A stretch of 64,000 bases of DNA from Octopus sinensis (Eukaryota). Every line of letters begins with the position of its first letter. Position 1 is the stretch's first letter. Location of the stretch: the NCBI RefSeq assembly GCF_006345805.1, contig NC_042997.1, positions 153,140,001 through 153,204,000 on the forward strand, in the 5' to 3' direction. Below the pieces are notes generated by a model. It was not told the origin of the DNA. It did no database searches and worked only from the letters and a program-made list of their open reading frames with translations. Below are positions 25,064-38,150 of this stretch, piece after piece. The position numbers and the translations under genes are program-made.

Positions 25064-25116
25064 AATGAGCGTATATGCCATATTTCAGGAGTTTTTGTCC
25101 TTCATCAGCAGCCATC
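25064..25116 (-). ncRNA. Type I hammerhead ribozyme motif in a probable pLTR
   Basis: GATGGCTG CTGATGA AGGA CAAAAAC TCCT GAAA TATGGCATA TA CGCTCATT: canonical core, 4-bp stem II, imperfect stem I. Confidence 0.65.
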
Positions 25117-25257
25117 CAACCCTTAACAAGTGATGTAATAGCACTGCTAACACAGTAGAACACAATATTGACTTATAAAAACTTTTAATAAACTGTGTAG
25201 TATATTATGCTTGAATAAAGAAAAACAGTGTTCCTACAGGTCATTAATATACACACA

Positions 25258-25291
<34 letters not shown>

Positions 25292-25298
25292 TATATAT

Positions 25299-25344
<46 letters not shown>

Positions 25345-26380
25345 CGTATCTATGTATGTGTGTGTATGTATGTATGTATGTTCAGATGTCACTAAGAGTG
25401 ACTAAGGGTGCAAGTCAGCATCAGCATTGCTAAAAATAGTCAAAACAACTCTTAGCCGCGACCAGATCAGTTTCTGCTCTTTGTACAGAAAATACCCTGT
25501 TTCTGGTTAAGAGTTGTTTTGCCTCTTATTTCTAGCAATGCAGGTGCTGACTTGCATCCTTGGTCTCTATTAGTGACGTTTGTACTTGTTCCTTTTGATT
25601 CTAAATTGCGACTAGCCACTTTAATCATTGATATATATATATATATGTATGTGTATGTGTGTGTGTGTGTGTGTGTGTGCGTGTGTATGTCATTAACTGT
25701 AATATTTTGTCTCAAGTGTCAAAGAAAGATCTCAAAGAAGATTCTCATAGAGACTTTTGTCATTTATTTGAAAAGTGCCTATGCTTTATAGTATCATAGC
25801 TAATTTCTGTTCGCCGTTTATAAACACACTGTAACTATTTTATTTTACTCAACGTTATATATATATGTATTATATATATAGTTTAAAGCTCACACATCAT
25901 GATCAATTCGAATCTTCCGGGCTTGAACTTTAATCTTCATTGAAAACGTTTCATGACTCCACTACTTTACATTCTGTGACTTTCTTGAGTTTGTATACAC
26001 TAATGTGCATTAACTCTTCTCGTAAATGTTTATTCAATTGTTTTAGTTATATTTATCGGAGAGCAGAAATGATTAAGAATTCTATGATAAGATTACGATA
26101 TGAAAATGTGCTGACAACAATAACAACTTCGATGACATTTTCAAATCAAAGGTGATAATATATTTGTCAGAAACAGTGAAAATATCTAAATTCTATTATA
26201 AAGAGTATATAGACAATCGATTTATCCAACTAATGCAGTTATTAAAAGTCTTGTTTAAGAGTAGTGTGAAGAGAATGTGATAAAGTGCAGCTCCAGAATT
26301 CTAGACGGTATTACTCTTTGCAAACGGAACGAAGATTATCTTACACAAGTAGCTTTTGTTGTTGTTGTTGTTAATGTTAA

Positions 26381-26592
26381 GGCGGCGAGCTGAAAGTATC
26401 GTTAGCATGCTGGGTAAAACGCTTGGCGGCATTTCGTCCGTCATTAAGTACTGAGTTCAAATTCCGCCGAGATTGACTTTCCCTTTCATCCTTTCGAGGT
26501 CGATAAAATAAGTACCACTTGAATAGTGGTGTCGATGTAATTAACTTAGCACCGCCTACCGAAATTGCTGGACTTGTGCAAAATTTGAAATT
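26381..26592 (+). mobile_element. SINE family S2, full length
   Basis: ggcggcgagctgaaagtatcgttagc...gagttcaaattccgccgag..., ends at an attattatc tail. Confidence 0.85.
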
Positions 26593-26659
26593 ACTATTAT
26601 CATTCATATACACACAACAGATTAGATAGGGCTAAAAGTAACCGTAGATACCGAGAACC

Positions 26660-29100
26660 CTCTTAAGTATCCTAGCTGTCAATAATAACACCGTTTTCTG
26701 AAGCTATACTAAACTGGGGGGCTTTGCCAACTTCCTCTATCCATCTGTTTAAATCTTTAGGGATAGTTCCTAATGCATCTATAAATACTGGGATGCATTT
26801 TAACTACGTTTTCCATATTCTCTGTAATTCAATGGCTAGGTCCTGGTACTTTGATATTTTCTGTATACCTCTCATATTGATTTTCTTATCATTTGGGACT
26901 GTAAAGTCAATTATCCGGCACTTTCTATTCTTTTCATCTAATACTACAAAATCAGGCCTCCTAGCTTTATCAGTGGAAGCTAAAAGGCCTGATTTATTAT
27001 CATTATTATTTTCGTATACACACAACAGATTAGACTGTTGGAAAAGAAAAAGAACCTAACATCAGGCTACAACAAGTAACCTCAGATGCCAAGAACCCTC
27101 TTAAGTATCCTAGCTGCCCCTAATAACATTGTTTTCTGGAGATATACTAAACTGGGTTTTATGCCTAATTCCTCTATCCATTTGTTCAAATTTTTAGGGA
27201 TAGTTCCCAATGCATCTATAACTACTGGGATACATTTTACCCAAACTTTCCATAGTCTCTGTAATTCAATGCTTAGGCCCTGATATTTTTTCTATAACAC
27301 TCATATTGATTTTTTCATCGTTTGGGATTGTAAAGTCATTTATCTGGCATTTTCTATTCTCTTCACCTTGTACTACTAAATCATGCATCTAACTTCTATT
27401 ACTCTGTCAGTCTGAACGTTAAGGTTCTAGAGCATCTTGTATTTCTTACTTTCTAGTACTTTGCTAGGTTCATACTCATACCATTTATCAGTATATTCAA
27501 ATCCTAGCTTTCTAAATAACTCCCAGTTGATTACTCTCCCTAGTTTGTCATGTCTTTCCTTGTATACTTTCTGTGCCAGCATGCTACATTCACTTACTAT
27601 ATGAGTAACGCTTTCCTCTTTTGATTTACATAACCTAAATTGGGAATCTATTTGGTTTTTGTCTATCTTGGTTTTCATCCAATCAATCCTTAATGTTTTA
27701 CCCTGTGCAGCTACTAACAAACTCTCTGTCTCCCTTTTTAGCTTTCCTATCTGCAACCATAACCATGTACCACTACTACTATTCGGTGCAATTCTCTTTG
27801 AGACTCTATCATCAACGCCTTCTTCTGCCAATCAGATAATTTCGGTCCTTTTTTCTGATTCTTAACTTCGTTTAGGTTTTTGGATTCCTTATTTCTTGCT
27901 GTGACTTTAACGGCTTTTAATAAACTTTCTTCACTATTACCTACGTAGGAGTCTATATCTACTCTAGCTAACTCCACACAGTCTTTTACTGATATTAGCC
28001 CTCTTCCGCCTTCCATTCTAGCTAAAGGACATAGGTCCTGTCAACTTTCTAATTCCAGTTACAATGATATAACTCTTCTGAAAATCCTGGCTTGTATTTC
28101 TTTTCATTACATGCTTTTGGTGATTTCTAATTGGAAGGCTTTGACCTTGTACTGCAATTAAAAATCCTTCAGCCTCTGCTTTGAGTCCTGAACTTCCCAG
28201 CCGTTGTTGGGCTTTTGTTTTGTCTATTTCTTTTATGAGTAACTTAACCCAATATTTGCCATGAAGGGGTTTTTCTTCCCATCGTTTTATCATGATCCGT
28301 TGCTGTTCTAGTTTTAGCTTGGATTTCTGATGTTTTATAGCTTTTCTCGTTTCTTCTTTTTCTTCATAGTTGTTAGGTACTAAATCTTCTTTTTGGAATT
28401 TGTGAGCTTCCTTAAAGTCTGAAAACAGTATTTTGTTTTGTTCGTGTTTTGTGGCTCTTTGTATTAGTTTTCTTGCTTCTGAAGTAGGTATTTCTGTAGT
28501 CATATGGTGGTTATTTTGTAACATTTTTCTAGCTGTATAAGGCCTCTACCACCTTCGATACGTTGTATATATAGCCTTTCTGTGTCAGATTTTGTGTGGT
28601 GCATCCTAAATCCTGTCATTATTTTTCTTGTTTTCTTGTCTATTTTGATTAGTTCATTTGGAGTCCAGTTAAGCATATTGTAGCTGTAACTTATAACTGG
28701 GACGGCTAGAGTGTTGATACCTTGTTTTTCGCATTGAGCTCTGTTTTCTGTGTTAATGTAACTCGTCTATAATATTCTCTTTCATTTGTATGTATTGTAT
28801 CGGATCTAGATCATTGATTTTCTAAATATTTGTATGACTGGCTTTGGTCTAGTTCTCATATTTCATTTGCTTTATCTAGTATAATGTTGCTTCTCTTAAA
28901 TAGTTTTCCTCTATTCAAGGTTGCTTTAGCACATTTTCCTAAGCCAAATTTCATGTTTATTTTGGCAAATCCATGTACTCTCTATAGTAATGTCTCCAGC
29001 TGTTTATCATTTGTAGCGTACAGTTTTAGGTCATTCATTCACAAGAGATGGCAGATTGTTTTGCCGTAACAGTTGTACCCACATCCAGTTCCGTTTAGTA
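26660..29100 (-). mobile_element. Three stacked R4/Dong-like RLE LINE fragments (28020-29100, 27060-28020, 26660-26990)
   Basis: RT C-terminal motifs (MKFGLGKCA, GGRGLI), zinc knuckle RLCKSKEESVTHIVSEC, RLE RRPDFVVLDEKNRKCRIIDFTVPND. All minus strand, with frameshifts. Confidence 0.9.
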
Positions 29101-30594
29101 TGTCATATATTATTATTATTATTATTATTATCATTGTTGTTGTTGTTGTTGTTGACCGACCACACCTAAGATCAAATGTGTTCCGACTTTTTTCAAACAA
29201 CGTATGTATAGCTAGGTTACCCAAGCCGTGTTATAATTCTTTCGAGCGCTAAGCTGGTTTTTCACAGCACGCTTGACTTCTTTTTCTAGAAGATACAGAG
29301 ACCATGTACATCTCCTATATTCATAAGTAGATGTAGTCTGCCTAAATCTGTATTGATGTTTGCTTATTATTAGATGTTACTTACATTTTGTTACATCGAA
29401 TAATAACACTAAATCTTTCAAGAAACCAATATTTTCTTTCCTGATTCTTATAGCTTTCCATCTGCTTTTAGTACCTTCTTAATCCTGATATTTTTTATAT
29501 ACCAATGACGGGAGTTTGCGGGAAATGTTATGGTGTTAGTTTAAATATCATTCTATATTAGTTTTTCTCCCAGATTTTAATTCAAATCACGTCAGAGTTA
29601 AGTTGTTTTTGTCCATCTTTCTCGTGTAAGCAGCATAGGTATAAATACAGCTGTCATTCGTAAGTAAATATAGATTGCATAACGCCTTTTCTTAATTACT
29701 TTAGGTGCCTATGTCGTCACAAGGAGGCAGAGTCGCAGTTACCGCTTCGAAGATGGAATAGTTACGATTAAAATTTTTCCATTGTGTGTCTGTTCATTAA
29801 GTGCTCATCTTGGGTCAGTAAGTACTGGGGTTAACATGAACAACAAAAAGCCTTGACAGTAGTGCCCTAGCATGACTGCAGTCCAGTGTCTAAAACCAGT
29901 TGAAGAATAAGAAAATGCAACAATGCTGTTCAAATACTGAGTTGTACATTCAGTCAATTGCTACCATCTTTCTCATTCATAAATATTTAATCCAAATATT
30001 TATTATGTAAAGAGTCCAAAAGTTACCTAGGTTCAGATTTGCTTGACAACCATTCGAAAATAAAAAGGTAAATAAGAGAAATATACTGATATCAATACAG
30101 TTTATGCACTGTGTACAAAGAAACTAGGTGGCGCTTATGCGCTCCTATTTGCTAGAAAAAGCGGTTAAATATCCCTTAAACCACTCGAAATGGATGAACT
30201 TGGTCATAATTTCCAGCAATGAAATTTTAGCTGCTTGTTGAAATGCCGAATATTCCACAGAAACGCGTGCCTTTAACGTAATCCTTATGCAGTGTCAGGG
30301 TGGCACTATCTATGTATAAGACTGGACCTGTGGATTACTGGTGCAAACAATCCGACGGTTTACACACAGTTTTAGTCAATATAATTTCACTCTCAAGATT
30401 TTAGTCGACCGAATTCTGTAGTTAAGTATGCCACGCAGTTGGATTGAACCCGGGACATGTGACTCGGAAAAGAGCGTTTTAATTATCCATTAGTACTATG
30501 TCTACAAAACGACATTCTACCGTCTAAAAAAAGGACAAGGACACAGTGGATGATGCAGTCCGAATAAAATATATCTTTTTCACTCATTAGACTC

Positions 30595-30798
30595 TGGCCA
30601 TGCTGGAGCATCGACTTCGAGAATTTTTAGTCTAATGTATCGACCCCAATACTTACACCATCGTCCCTTTTCGCCGAACGGCTAAAGTTACAGAGATGTA
30701 AACATACCAGCACCGGTTGTTCAGCAGTAGTGAAGGACAAACACAGGCGCAAAGGCACACACACACACATTGATATATATATATATATATTATATATA

Positions 30799-30836
<38 letters not shown>

Positions 30837-30900
30837 GTATATATATACGTATCTACGACGGGCTTCGTTCAGTTTCCGTCTACCAAATCCATTCACAGTG
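30595..30900 (-). mobile_element. SINE family S1, 3' two-thirds
   Basis: Reverse complement of ggtagacggaaactgaacgaagcccgtcg...gctccagcatggcc. Confidence 0.8.
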
Positions 30901-31321
30901 TGTTTTTTTAAATTGTCGATACCACAACAAATTTCATCATAGGATCGATTGGTTAGGACTGACCTGGAACTAAATAACACTAACAACAACAAAAGTTATC
31001 CCTACTACTGTAGTGTTCATCATTCACCAATTAATTGCCCGTGTAGCAAATCAATATTGATCGGTCTTAAAAATTCTAATAAGCAGCCATTTAACTGTTC
31101 CTGATCATCGGCAATCACCAGTAGCTGAGTAACCCCGTATTTCTGTTTTTTTCTTCCAAAGAGAAACAGGGCATCTGTTCTTATTAACTGCGTGCCTTTC
31201 TCAAAGAGCAGTAGCATCAAAATTAGCAAATTAGCAGGAAATTATTTTTGGCTTCATTCGGGAGGGAGAAATCTCGGTTCGGGAATTCATTTCATTGGTG
31301 GATTCATAAAATCTACAAACA

Positions 31322-31331
31322 CTACTACTAC

Positions 31332-31395
<64 letters not shown>

Positions 31396-31466
31396 TGTAG
31401 TAGTAATAGTAGTGGTGGTGGTGGTGGTGGTGGTGGTGGTGGTGGTGGTGGTGGTGGTGGTGGTGG
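31322..31466 (+). repeat. Compound (AGT)n(GGT)n microsatellite (second copy ~33020-33146)
   Basis: Direct reading. Confidence 0.95.
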
Positions 31467-31625
31467 TTCCTGCTGCTGCTGCCTTTATTTTTGAGCTCCA
31501 GGTGAGCCGTGATTGAGAAAAAGTATTCCACTCGTAAAAGTATTCCCGTCTTTTTCTCAGACACAACCTTACTCAGGGCTGCATTATCCAATGAAACTGA
31601 CATTTATTTTCAAAACTTCCACTTA

Positions 31626-31990
31626 TCAACACGCTACTGCTATCGTATGCCAGCATTTCTATAAGTTGATAGCCTCTCACAATATAGAAACATTTCTCGT
31701 GGCTACTGCAGGTAAAATGGAAAAGGTGTTGACCCGCAGGATAGCGAGGGAGATGCACTGAAACAAAGTTGAGACCTCCGGCGTTCTTGACCCCCGGACC
31801 ATACAACTGCTTGCAGATATCGGAGCAGAGCTTGCTGTCCGCGAGTGCGAACATCTTCCTCGTTACCCTCCAAGACTACGCCTTTTCCATTTTTCTGCTG
31901 GTGACATGAGAAATGTTTCTATAGTGAGAGTCAAGCAACTTGTCATAAAGTTGCAAAAAAATTTGGTATACTATAGCAATACTGTGTTGA
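31626..31990. repeat. ~100-bp diverged inverted repeats enclosing a GC-richer core (second copy ~33307-33671)
   Basis: 31626-31726 is mirrored by 31881-31990. Confidence 0.7.
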
Positions 31991-32362
31991 AAAATAGATG
32001 AAATTTGCTGAAAACACGAAATATTCACATCCCTCAACCACACAACAGATGATTCATTGAGGATATGTTCCTCTGGACAAGCATCAAAGTATGAACTTAT
32101 AATATATTACAGAGGGGAAAAGCATCTATCTAGTATTGTTATTGATTCTATCTTTACAGCTCTATTCGGATTCATTGTTTTGTGAACAAAATCCGTATAA
32201 ACATTGAAATGCAATGCTCCTGGTTATCTAAGAATAACAGATTTAATTACGTTTCGAAAATATTTCTTCAAAATGTCGTGCAATCTATACGAAGTCAATC
32301 TAGTTTATTCTGTCACCCATATTGTGTCGCCATGCGATTACATTTATATATGAATATATATT

Positions 32363-32395
<33 letters not shown>

Positions 32396-32445
32396 TGTGT
32401 GTGTGTGTGTGTGTGTACTATGTATGTATGTATATGTATGAATAT

Positions 32446-32534
<89 letters not shown>

Positions 32535-33029
32535 GTATATATATACGTATCTACGACGGGCTTCGTTCAGTTTCCGTCTACCAAATCCATTCACAGTGTG
32601 TTTTTTTAAATTGTCGATACCACAACAAATTTCATCATAGGATCGATTGGTTAGGACTGACCTGGAACTAAATAACACTAACAACAACAAAAGTTATCCC
32701 TACTACTGTAGTGTTCATCATTCACCAATTAATTGCCCGTGTAGCAAATCAATATTGATCGGTCTTAAAAATTCTAATAAGCAGCCATTTAACTGTTCCT
32801 GATCATCGGCAATCACCAGTAGCTGAGTAACCCCGTATTTCTGTTTTTTTCTTCCAAAGAGAAACAGGGCATCTGTTCTTATTAACTGCGTGCCTTTCTC
32901 AAAGAGCAGTAGCATCAAAATTAGCAAATTAGCAGGAAATTATTTTTGGCTTCATTCGGGAGGGAGAAATCTCGGTTCGGGAATTCATTTCATTGGTGGA
33001 TTCATAAAATCTACAAACACTACTACTAC

Positions 33030-33093
<64 letters not shown>

Positions 33094-34042
33094 TGTAGTA
33101 GTAATAGTAGTGGTGGTGGTGGTGGTGGTGGTGGTGGTGGTGGTGGTTCCTGCTGCTGCTGCCTTTATTTTTGAGCTCCAGGTGAGCCGTGATTGAGAAA
33201 AAGTATTCCACTCGTAAAAGTATTCCCGTCTTTTTCTCAGACACAACCTTACTCAGGGCTGCATTATCCAATGAAACTGACATTTATTTTCCAAAACTTC
33301 CACTTATCAACACGCTACTGCTATCGTATGCCAGCATTTCTATAAGTTGATAGCCTCTCACAATATAGAAACATTTCTCGTGGCTACTGCAGGTAAAATG
33401 GAAAAGGTGTTGACCCGCAGGATAGCGAGGGAGATGCACTGAAACAAAGTTGAGACCTCCGGCGTTCTTGACCCCCGGACCATACAACTGCTTGCAGATA
33501 TCGGAGCAGAGCTTGCTGTCCGCGAGTGCGAACATCTTCCTCGTTACCCTCCAAGACTACGCCTTTTCCATTTTTCTGCTGGTGACATGAGAAATGTTTC
33601 TATAGTGAGAGTCAAGCAACTTGTCATAAAGTTGCAAAAAAATTTGGTATACTATAGCAATACTGTGTTGAAAAATAGATGAAATTTGCTGAAAACACGA
33701 AATATTCACATCCCTCAACCACACAACAGATGATTCATTGAGGATATGTTCCTCTGGACAAGCATCAAAGTATGAACTTATAATATATTACAGAGGGGAA
33801 AAGCATCTATCTAGTATTGTTATTGATTCTATCTTTACAGCTCTATTCGGATTCATTGTTTTGTGAACAAAATCCGTATAAACATTGAAATGCAATGCTC
33901 CTGGTTATCTAAGAATAACAGATTTAATTACGTTTCGAAAATATTTCTTCAAAATGTCGTGCAATCTATACGAAGTCAATCTAGTTTATTCTGTCACCCA
34001 TATTGTGTCGCCATGCGATTACATTATATATGAATATATATT

Positions 34043-34098
<56 letters not shown>

Positions 34099-34122
34099 AT
34101 GTATGTATGTATATGTATGAAT

Positions 34123-34189
<67 letters not shown>

Positions 34190-34989
34190 GTATGTAGAGG
34201 CAATTATGTAGATAAACAAATTAGATATGTTAAATATAATAGTTGGGTATGAAATATGATATACTATATATATATATATATATATATATATGATTACAGG
34301 CAAAACGGGAGAACGTATATATATGTATGTATTTATGTATGTATGTATATTTATGTGTGTACATATATATATATATGTGTGTTTATATATATGTATATAT
34401 ATCTATAGAGACAGACAGACAGACAGACAATCAGACAGAACTTTTGATGGATTTTATGAATGATTATTATGTATAGACTCGATCAAAATTTATACAAAAC
34501 AATTCATATCATGTGTCGATGTGTATATATGTGGATACATATCTATATCTGTGGATATGTAGTAATTGTGAGTATATACGAGTGTGCGTATGTGTGTATA
34601 TGTGGGTGTGCATGCTCTCTTGTTTAAAAAAAATCCGTACCATGATTTCATGTTCGTTGTTTAAATATTTAGGTGCATCCATCTTCCGGGGATTTTGTTG
34701 TTGCTGAGGACGGCAAATACAAGATGGCTGTGTCTTTATACTAAGCTTATGTAAAGCCATTGTAATGAAGTAACGACAATTATCATTAATGATATATACA
34801 ACACTCTTTGTGAATCCTAGTGCGTTTATATTGAAAACTTTGGTATTTTACACGAAAACTAACAACGTCTAACTACGCCATTTACACGGTATGTATGTGT
34901 ATGAGTGTGTGTGTGTGTATGTGTGTGTGTCACAGTGCAACGGTATCGATCAGGATATCGGATCCTATTATACACTACTGTTCAAAATG

Positions 34990-35900
34990 CACTTCCTGTC
35001 CTGTTTTGATTGTGCCATTCTTTTCCAGCTTCACCCAAATTACATGAACATATCGTCTACTCATCGAAATGAAAGTCTTCCAACTGGCCTTTTCTTAGAT
35101 ACAGCTCAGCAACTGTCCAGGATCCACATGTCGTCTGTGAACCATGCGATATGGCCAACCCAGCGGAACTTGTGCTTTTCGTACTCTGCGATTACATCGT
35201 TCACTCCACTCCGTTCCCGAATTATCTCATTTCGAATGTACTCTCTTAATGATATTCCTTGCATGGATCTCTCCATGGCCCTTTGCGTCGTAGCCAGTCG
35301 ATGTTCTATCCTCTATGTGACAGTCCGCGTTTCACTTGCATATAAGCGTGCATGTAGGATGGTGATGTTGACGAATCTGGCACGTATGGCATTGTCTCGT
35401 TTGTTTGGAGCGCATCGTTTATTGAGTTATATGCCTTCCACACTAAACATATTCTGTTAGAGATTTCAGCATCCTATCTCGGCGCACATTCACTGTGTGC
35501 CCTGGGTAGGCGTACTCCTTGCTTCCCCTCTAGCAGAGCTTGTTAAACGAGCGAACGCATAAAAAGCCTCCTGTGTGTATCGCTTTTGTTGATTACCGAA
35601 GAGCTTTCCATAGTGTCAAGATACAGTGTTGAAATTTCTGGAATGCTGGGCATCGAGGCGCAATACATCAAACTACTGAGTGATGCAAATTTTGAATGCA
35701 CAACAGATATAGCCCTGATATCACCACCAGTAAGGATCACAATTGAGAATGTTCTCAAGCAAGGAGATACTATCTCTTCAAAGCTCTTTGCCGCATGTCT
35801 AGAAATCGTCATCAAGGACATCGACTACGACAGGTGGCAGGAACATGAATGACGAGAACCTGACACACCGTCGATTCGCTAACGACATTGTATTCATACA
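34990..35900 (-). mobile_element. RTE-clade LINE with 5' inversion
   Basis: Minus 34990-35540: LYASET...TTQRAMERSM...KFRWVGHIA. Plus 35580-35900: LKQGDTISSKLFAACLE...RRFANDIV. Confidence 0.85.
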
Positions 35901-36180
35901 ATCTCACCTGATCGTTGTCAGCGATAAATCAATATCAAACCTAAATGGCTGTATCAGGTCATAAAATGCTTGCATTTGTTTCATTGAGATTCCCAGATTG
36001 TATTAGAAGTGTGAAAATTGTTTTTTACATCGTCTCTTTTAAACTGGCCAGATATCAAACCAAATACTGAAAACGAAAAGAACAGGAAAATTTGTAATTT
36101 AATGCCTTACTCTCCCTTCCTCACCTCGCTCTCTCTCTTTCTCTCTCTCTCTCTCTATCTCTTCATACATGTATGTGTGT

Positions 36181-36214
<34 letters not shown>

Positions 36215-36369
36215 GAAAGAGAGAAGTAGTGAGGGATTATCAGTCCGGTAAAATACTTTATAAGCTCTCTGTTGGCACACCAGGCTAACAATGTTACTTT
36301 GGAATTATATGTAATGACCATTATCATAACATTCTCTTATATATATATATATATATATATAACGGGAAG

Positions 36370-36540
36370 CTTTATGAAAATAAACAAAAGACGAAGGCAG
36401 GTGGAAAACAAACGAACAATTGTATTAGTATGGCGCTCAGGAAATATAAATAAAACAAGTCTTTAACGTTTCGAGCCTACGCTCTTCAACAGAAAGATAC
36501 ACAGAGAGAGAAAAACACAGAAAGAAGGAGAGAAAAAATA
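36370..36540 (-). mobile_element. Solo PLE pLTR with minimal hammerhead motif (36460-36497)
   Basis: TCTTT CTGTTGA A GAGC GTAG GCTC GAAA CGTT AAAGA on the minus strand. Confidence 0.7.
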
Positions 36541-36557
36541 TATATATATATGTATCA

Positions 36558-36943
36558 TCATCATCCAGTATTTTAAATCCGGGTTTTGTCCCCGGGGTGG
36601 GGCAGGATCAACCTCAATGCCATATAACAACCGAGATAGGCAGGTGCAGCCCACCCCGTTCTCCTTTGCTATCATGAGGCTTTTTGGGAGATGGATTTTC
36701 AACGGGGAGTATGCCCTTGCTTACCCCCAATCTCAGTTTCTAGACGTGAGTGGCCACCAAAGTCTCTACCACGATTTTTAAGAAATATAATGAAAAACTA
36801 ATTCAGGATAGCAAAAGAGAATGGGCATCAGCCAGCTTAAAGTTTAGGGTAGGCTGCAGCTGCCTATCTCGGTTGCTATGGCATTGAGGTAGATCCGGCC
36901 ACCCCCGGGGACAAAAACCCGGATTTCAAACACTGGAAGATGA
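36558..36943. mobile_element. MITE with ~100-bp TIRs in TA context
   Basis: tcatcatccagtattttaaatccgggttttgtccccgggg... is mirrored by ...ccccggggacaaaaacccggatttcaaacactggaagatga. Confidence 0.85.
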
Positions 36944-36950
36944 TATATAT

Positions 36951-37175
36951 GTCAAGAGTAAACAAGAGAGACAGAAACAGGCAGAAACAAGGAAAATGTC
37001 CCTTGTATTTGAATACTATGCTATTATTCTTTTAAAATACTTTTCATTTAATTTTTCCAAAATTTGTTTTCCATACTTACAGTTGAAAATGTCTCAATGG
37101 CTTAAAACGGTACTGAAATGTTTTTTATAAAATTATTTTAGCATTTCCTAACTTGACTTTTTTTCCCATATATAT
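36951..37175 (+). mobile_element. Solo pLTR of the same family as 695-1990
   Basis: ggcagaaacaaggaaaatgtcccttgtatttgaatac... matches 1910-1990 and the reverse complement of 695-880. Confidence 0.75.
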
Positions 37176-37314
37176 ATCAACTGGTGTGTTCCTTTTCGAC
37201 CTTCTACACACACACACACAGAATGCTACTCCCTGAGGCTCCTTTGGAGCCCCCTATCTTGTATGTGTATGTATGTGTATGTATCTTGTATGTGTATGTA
37301 TGTATGTATATATA

Positions 37315-37379
<65 letters not shown>

Positions 37380-37384
<5 letters not shown>

Positions 37385-37543
37385 CGAGCTTCCTTGGTTT
37401 CGGTCTACCAAATCCACTCACAAGAGTTTGGTCGGCCCGAGGCTATAATAGAAGACACTTGCCCAAGGTAACACGCAGTGGGACTAAACCCGGAACCATG
37501 TGGTTGGTAAGCAAGCTACTCACCACACAGACGCTCCTGCGTC
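37380..37543 (-). mobile_element. SINE family S1, 5' half
   Basis: Reverse complement of gtgtggtgagtagcttgcttaccaaccacatggttccgggtttagtcccactgcg. Confidence 0.85.
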
Positions 37544-37967
37544 TATATGTATATATATATATATGTATAAACATATATATATACGTGTATATATTTTACA
37601 AAATGGCTTCATATTGTTTCACAAAGCGTGTAATTTGGCTGAGTGGGATCAGTTGATTCTCTTTACTTCATTGCTGAACTAGTTCTTATTTTGGTGATAT
37701 ATAGAAATTTGAGGACCTAGCTAGAGATATGACGAGAGCGTGGAAATCTAAGATGCCAGTAACTGGTACAGTTGGTACGCATCCAAATAGCTACGTAAGA
37801 GGCGAAAGGATATTGGATTTGAGATTCGCATTGTCAACCTGCAGAAAAGTGCATACCTGTATTCTTCAGGAATCCCAATATTCTTGAAATTTGAAGAGAC
37901 TTCTTATCAACAGACCTCAAAATGACATTTCTGTTCACTAAAATAGTATGTAATATTTATAATAATA

Positions 37968-38150
37968 ATATTGGTTTCAAATTTTGGCACAAGACCAGCA
38001 ATTTTGGAGATGGGGTCGGTCGATAATATCGACTATAATGCTCACTGGCTCTTACTTTATCGATCTCCGAAAGAGGAAAGGCAAAGTAGACCTCTGCGGA
38101 AATAGGATAATAATAATAATAATAATAATAGTAGTAGTAATGATAATAAT
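37968..38150 (-). mobile_element. Truncated S2 SINE abutting (AAT)n
   Basis: S2 3' half followed by a long AAT tract. Confidence 0.7.

Larger units (their letters stand above)
30835..34180 (+). repeat. Near-identical tandem duplication, unit ~1.69 kb
   Basis: Copy 1 ~30835-32530, copy 2 ~32533-34180. Offset 1698 bp before and 1680 bp after the (GGT)n tract; differences are nearly confined to repeat lengths and single-base indels. Confidence 0.95.

Noticed and set aside
26047-26151. AG/GT-bounded open frame SYIYRRAEMIKNSMIRLRYENV
   Set aside because: No similarity to other loci or known motifs; may be chance.
31192-31603. Poly-Ser/Gly, poly-Thr and poly-His/Tyr ORFs (and their copies at 32890-33283)
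   Set aside because: All derive from the (AGT)n(GGT)n tract; several frames on both strands are open simply because of the repeat.
34891-35460. 189-aa plus-strand ORF
   Set aside because: Antisense to the RTE ORF; 55976-56390 (antisense to the Tx1-like LINE) and 12254-12523 (antisense to a non-coding repeat) are rejected likewise.
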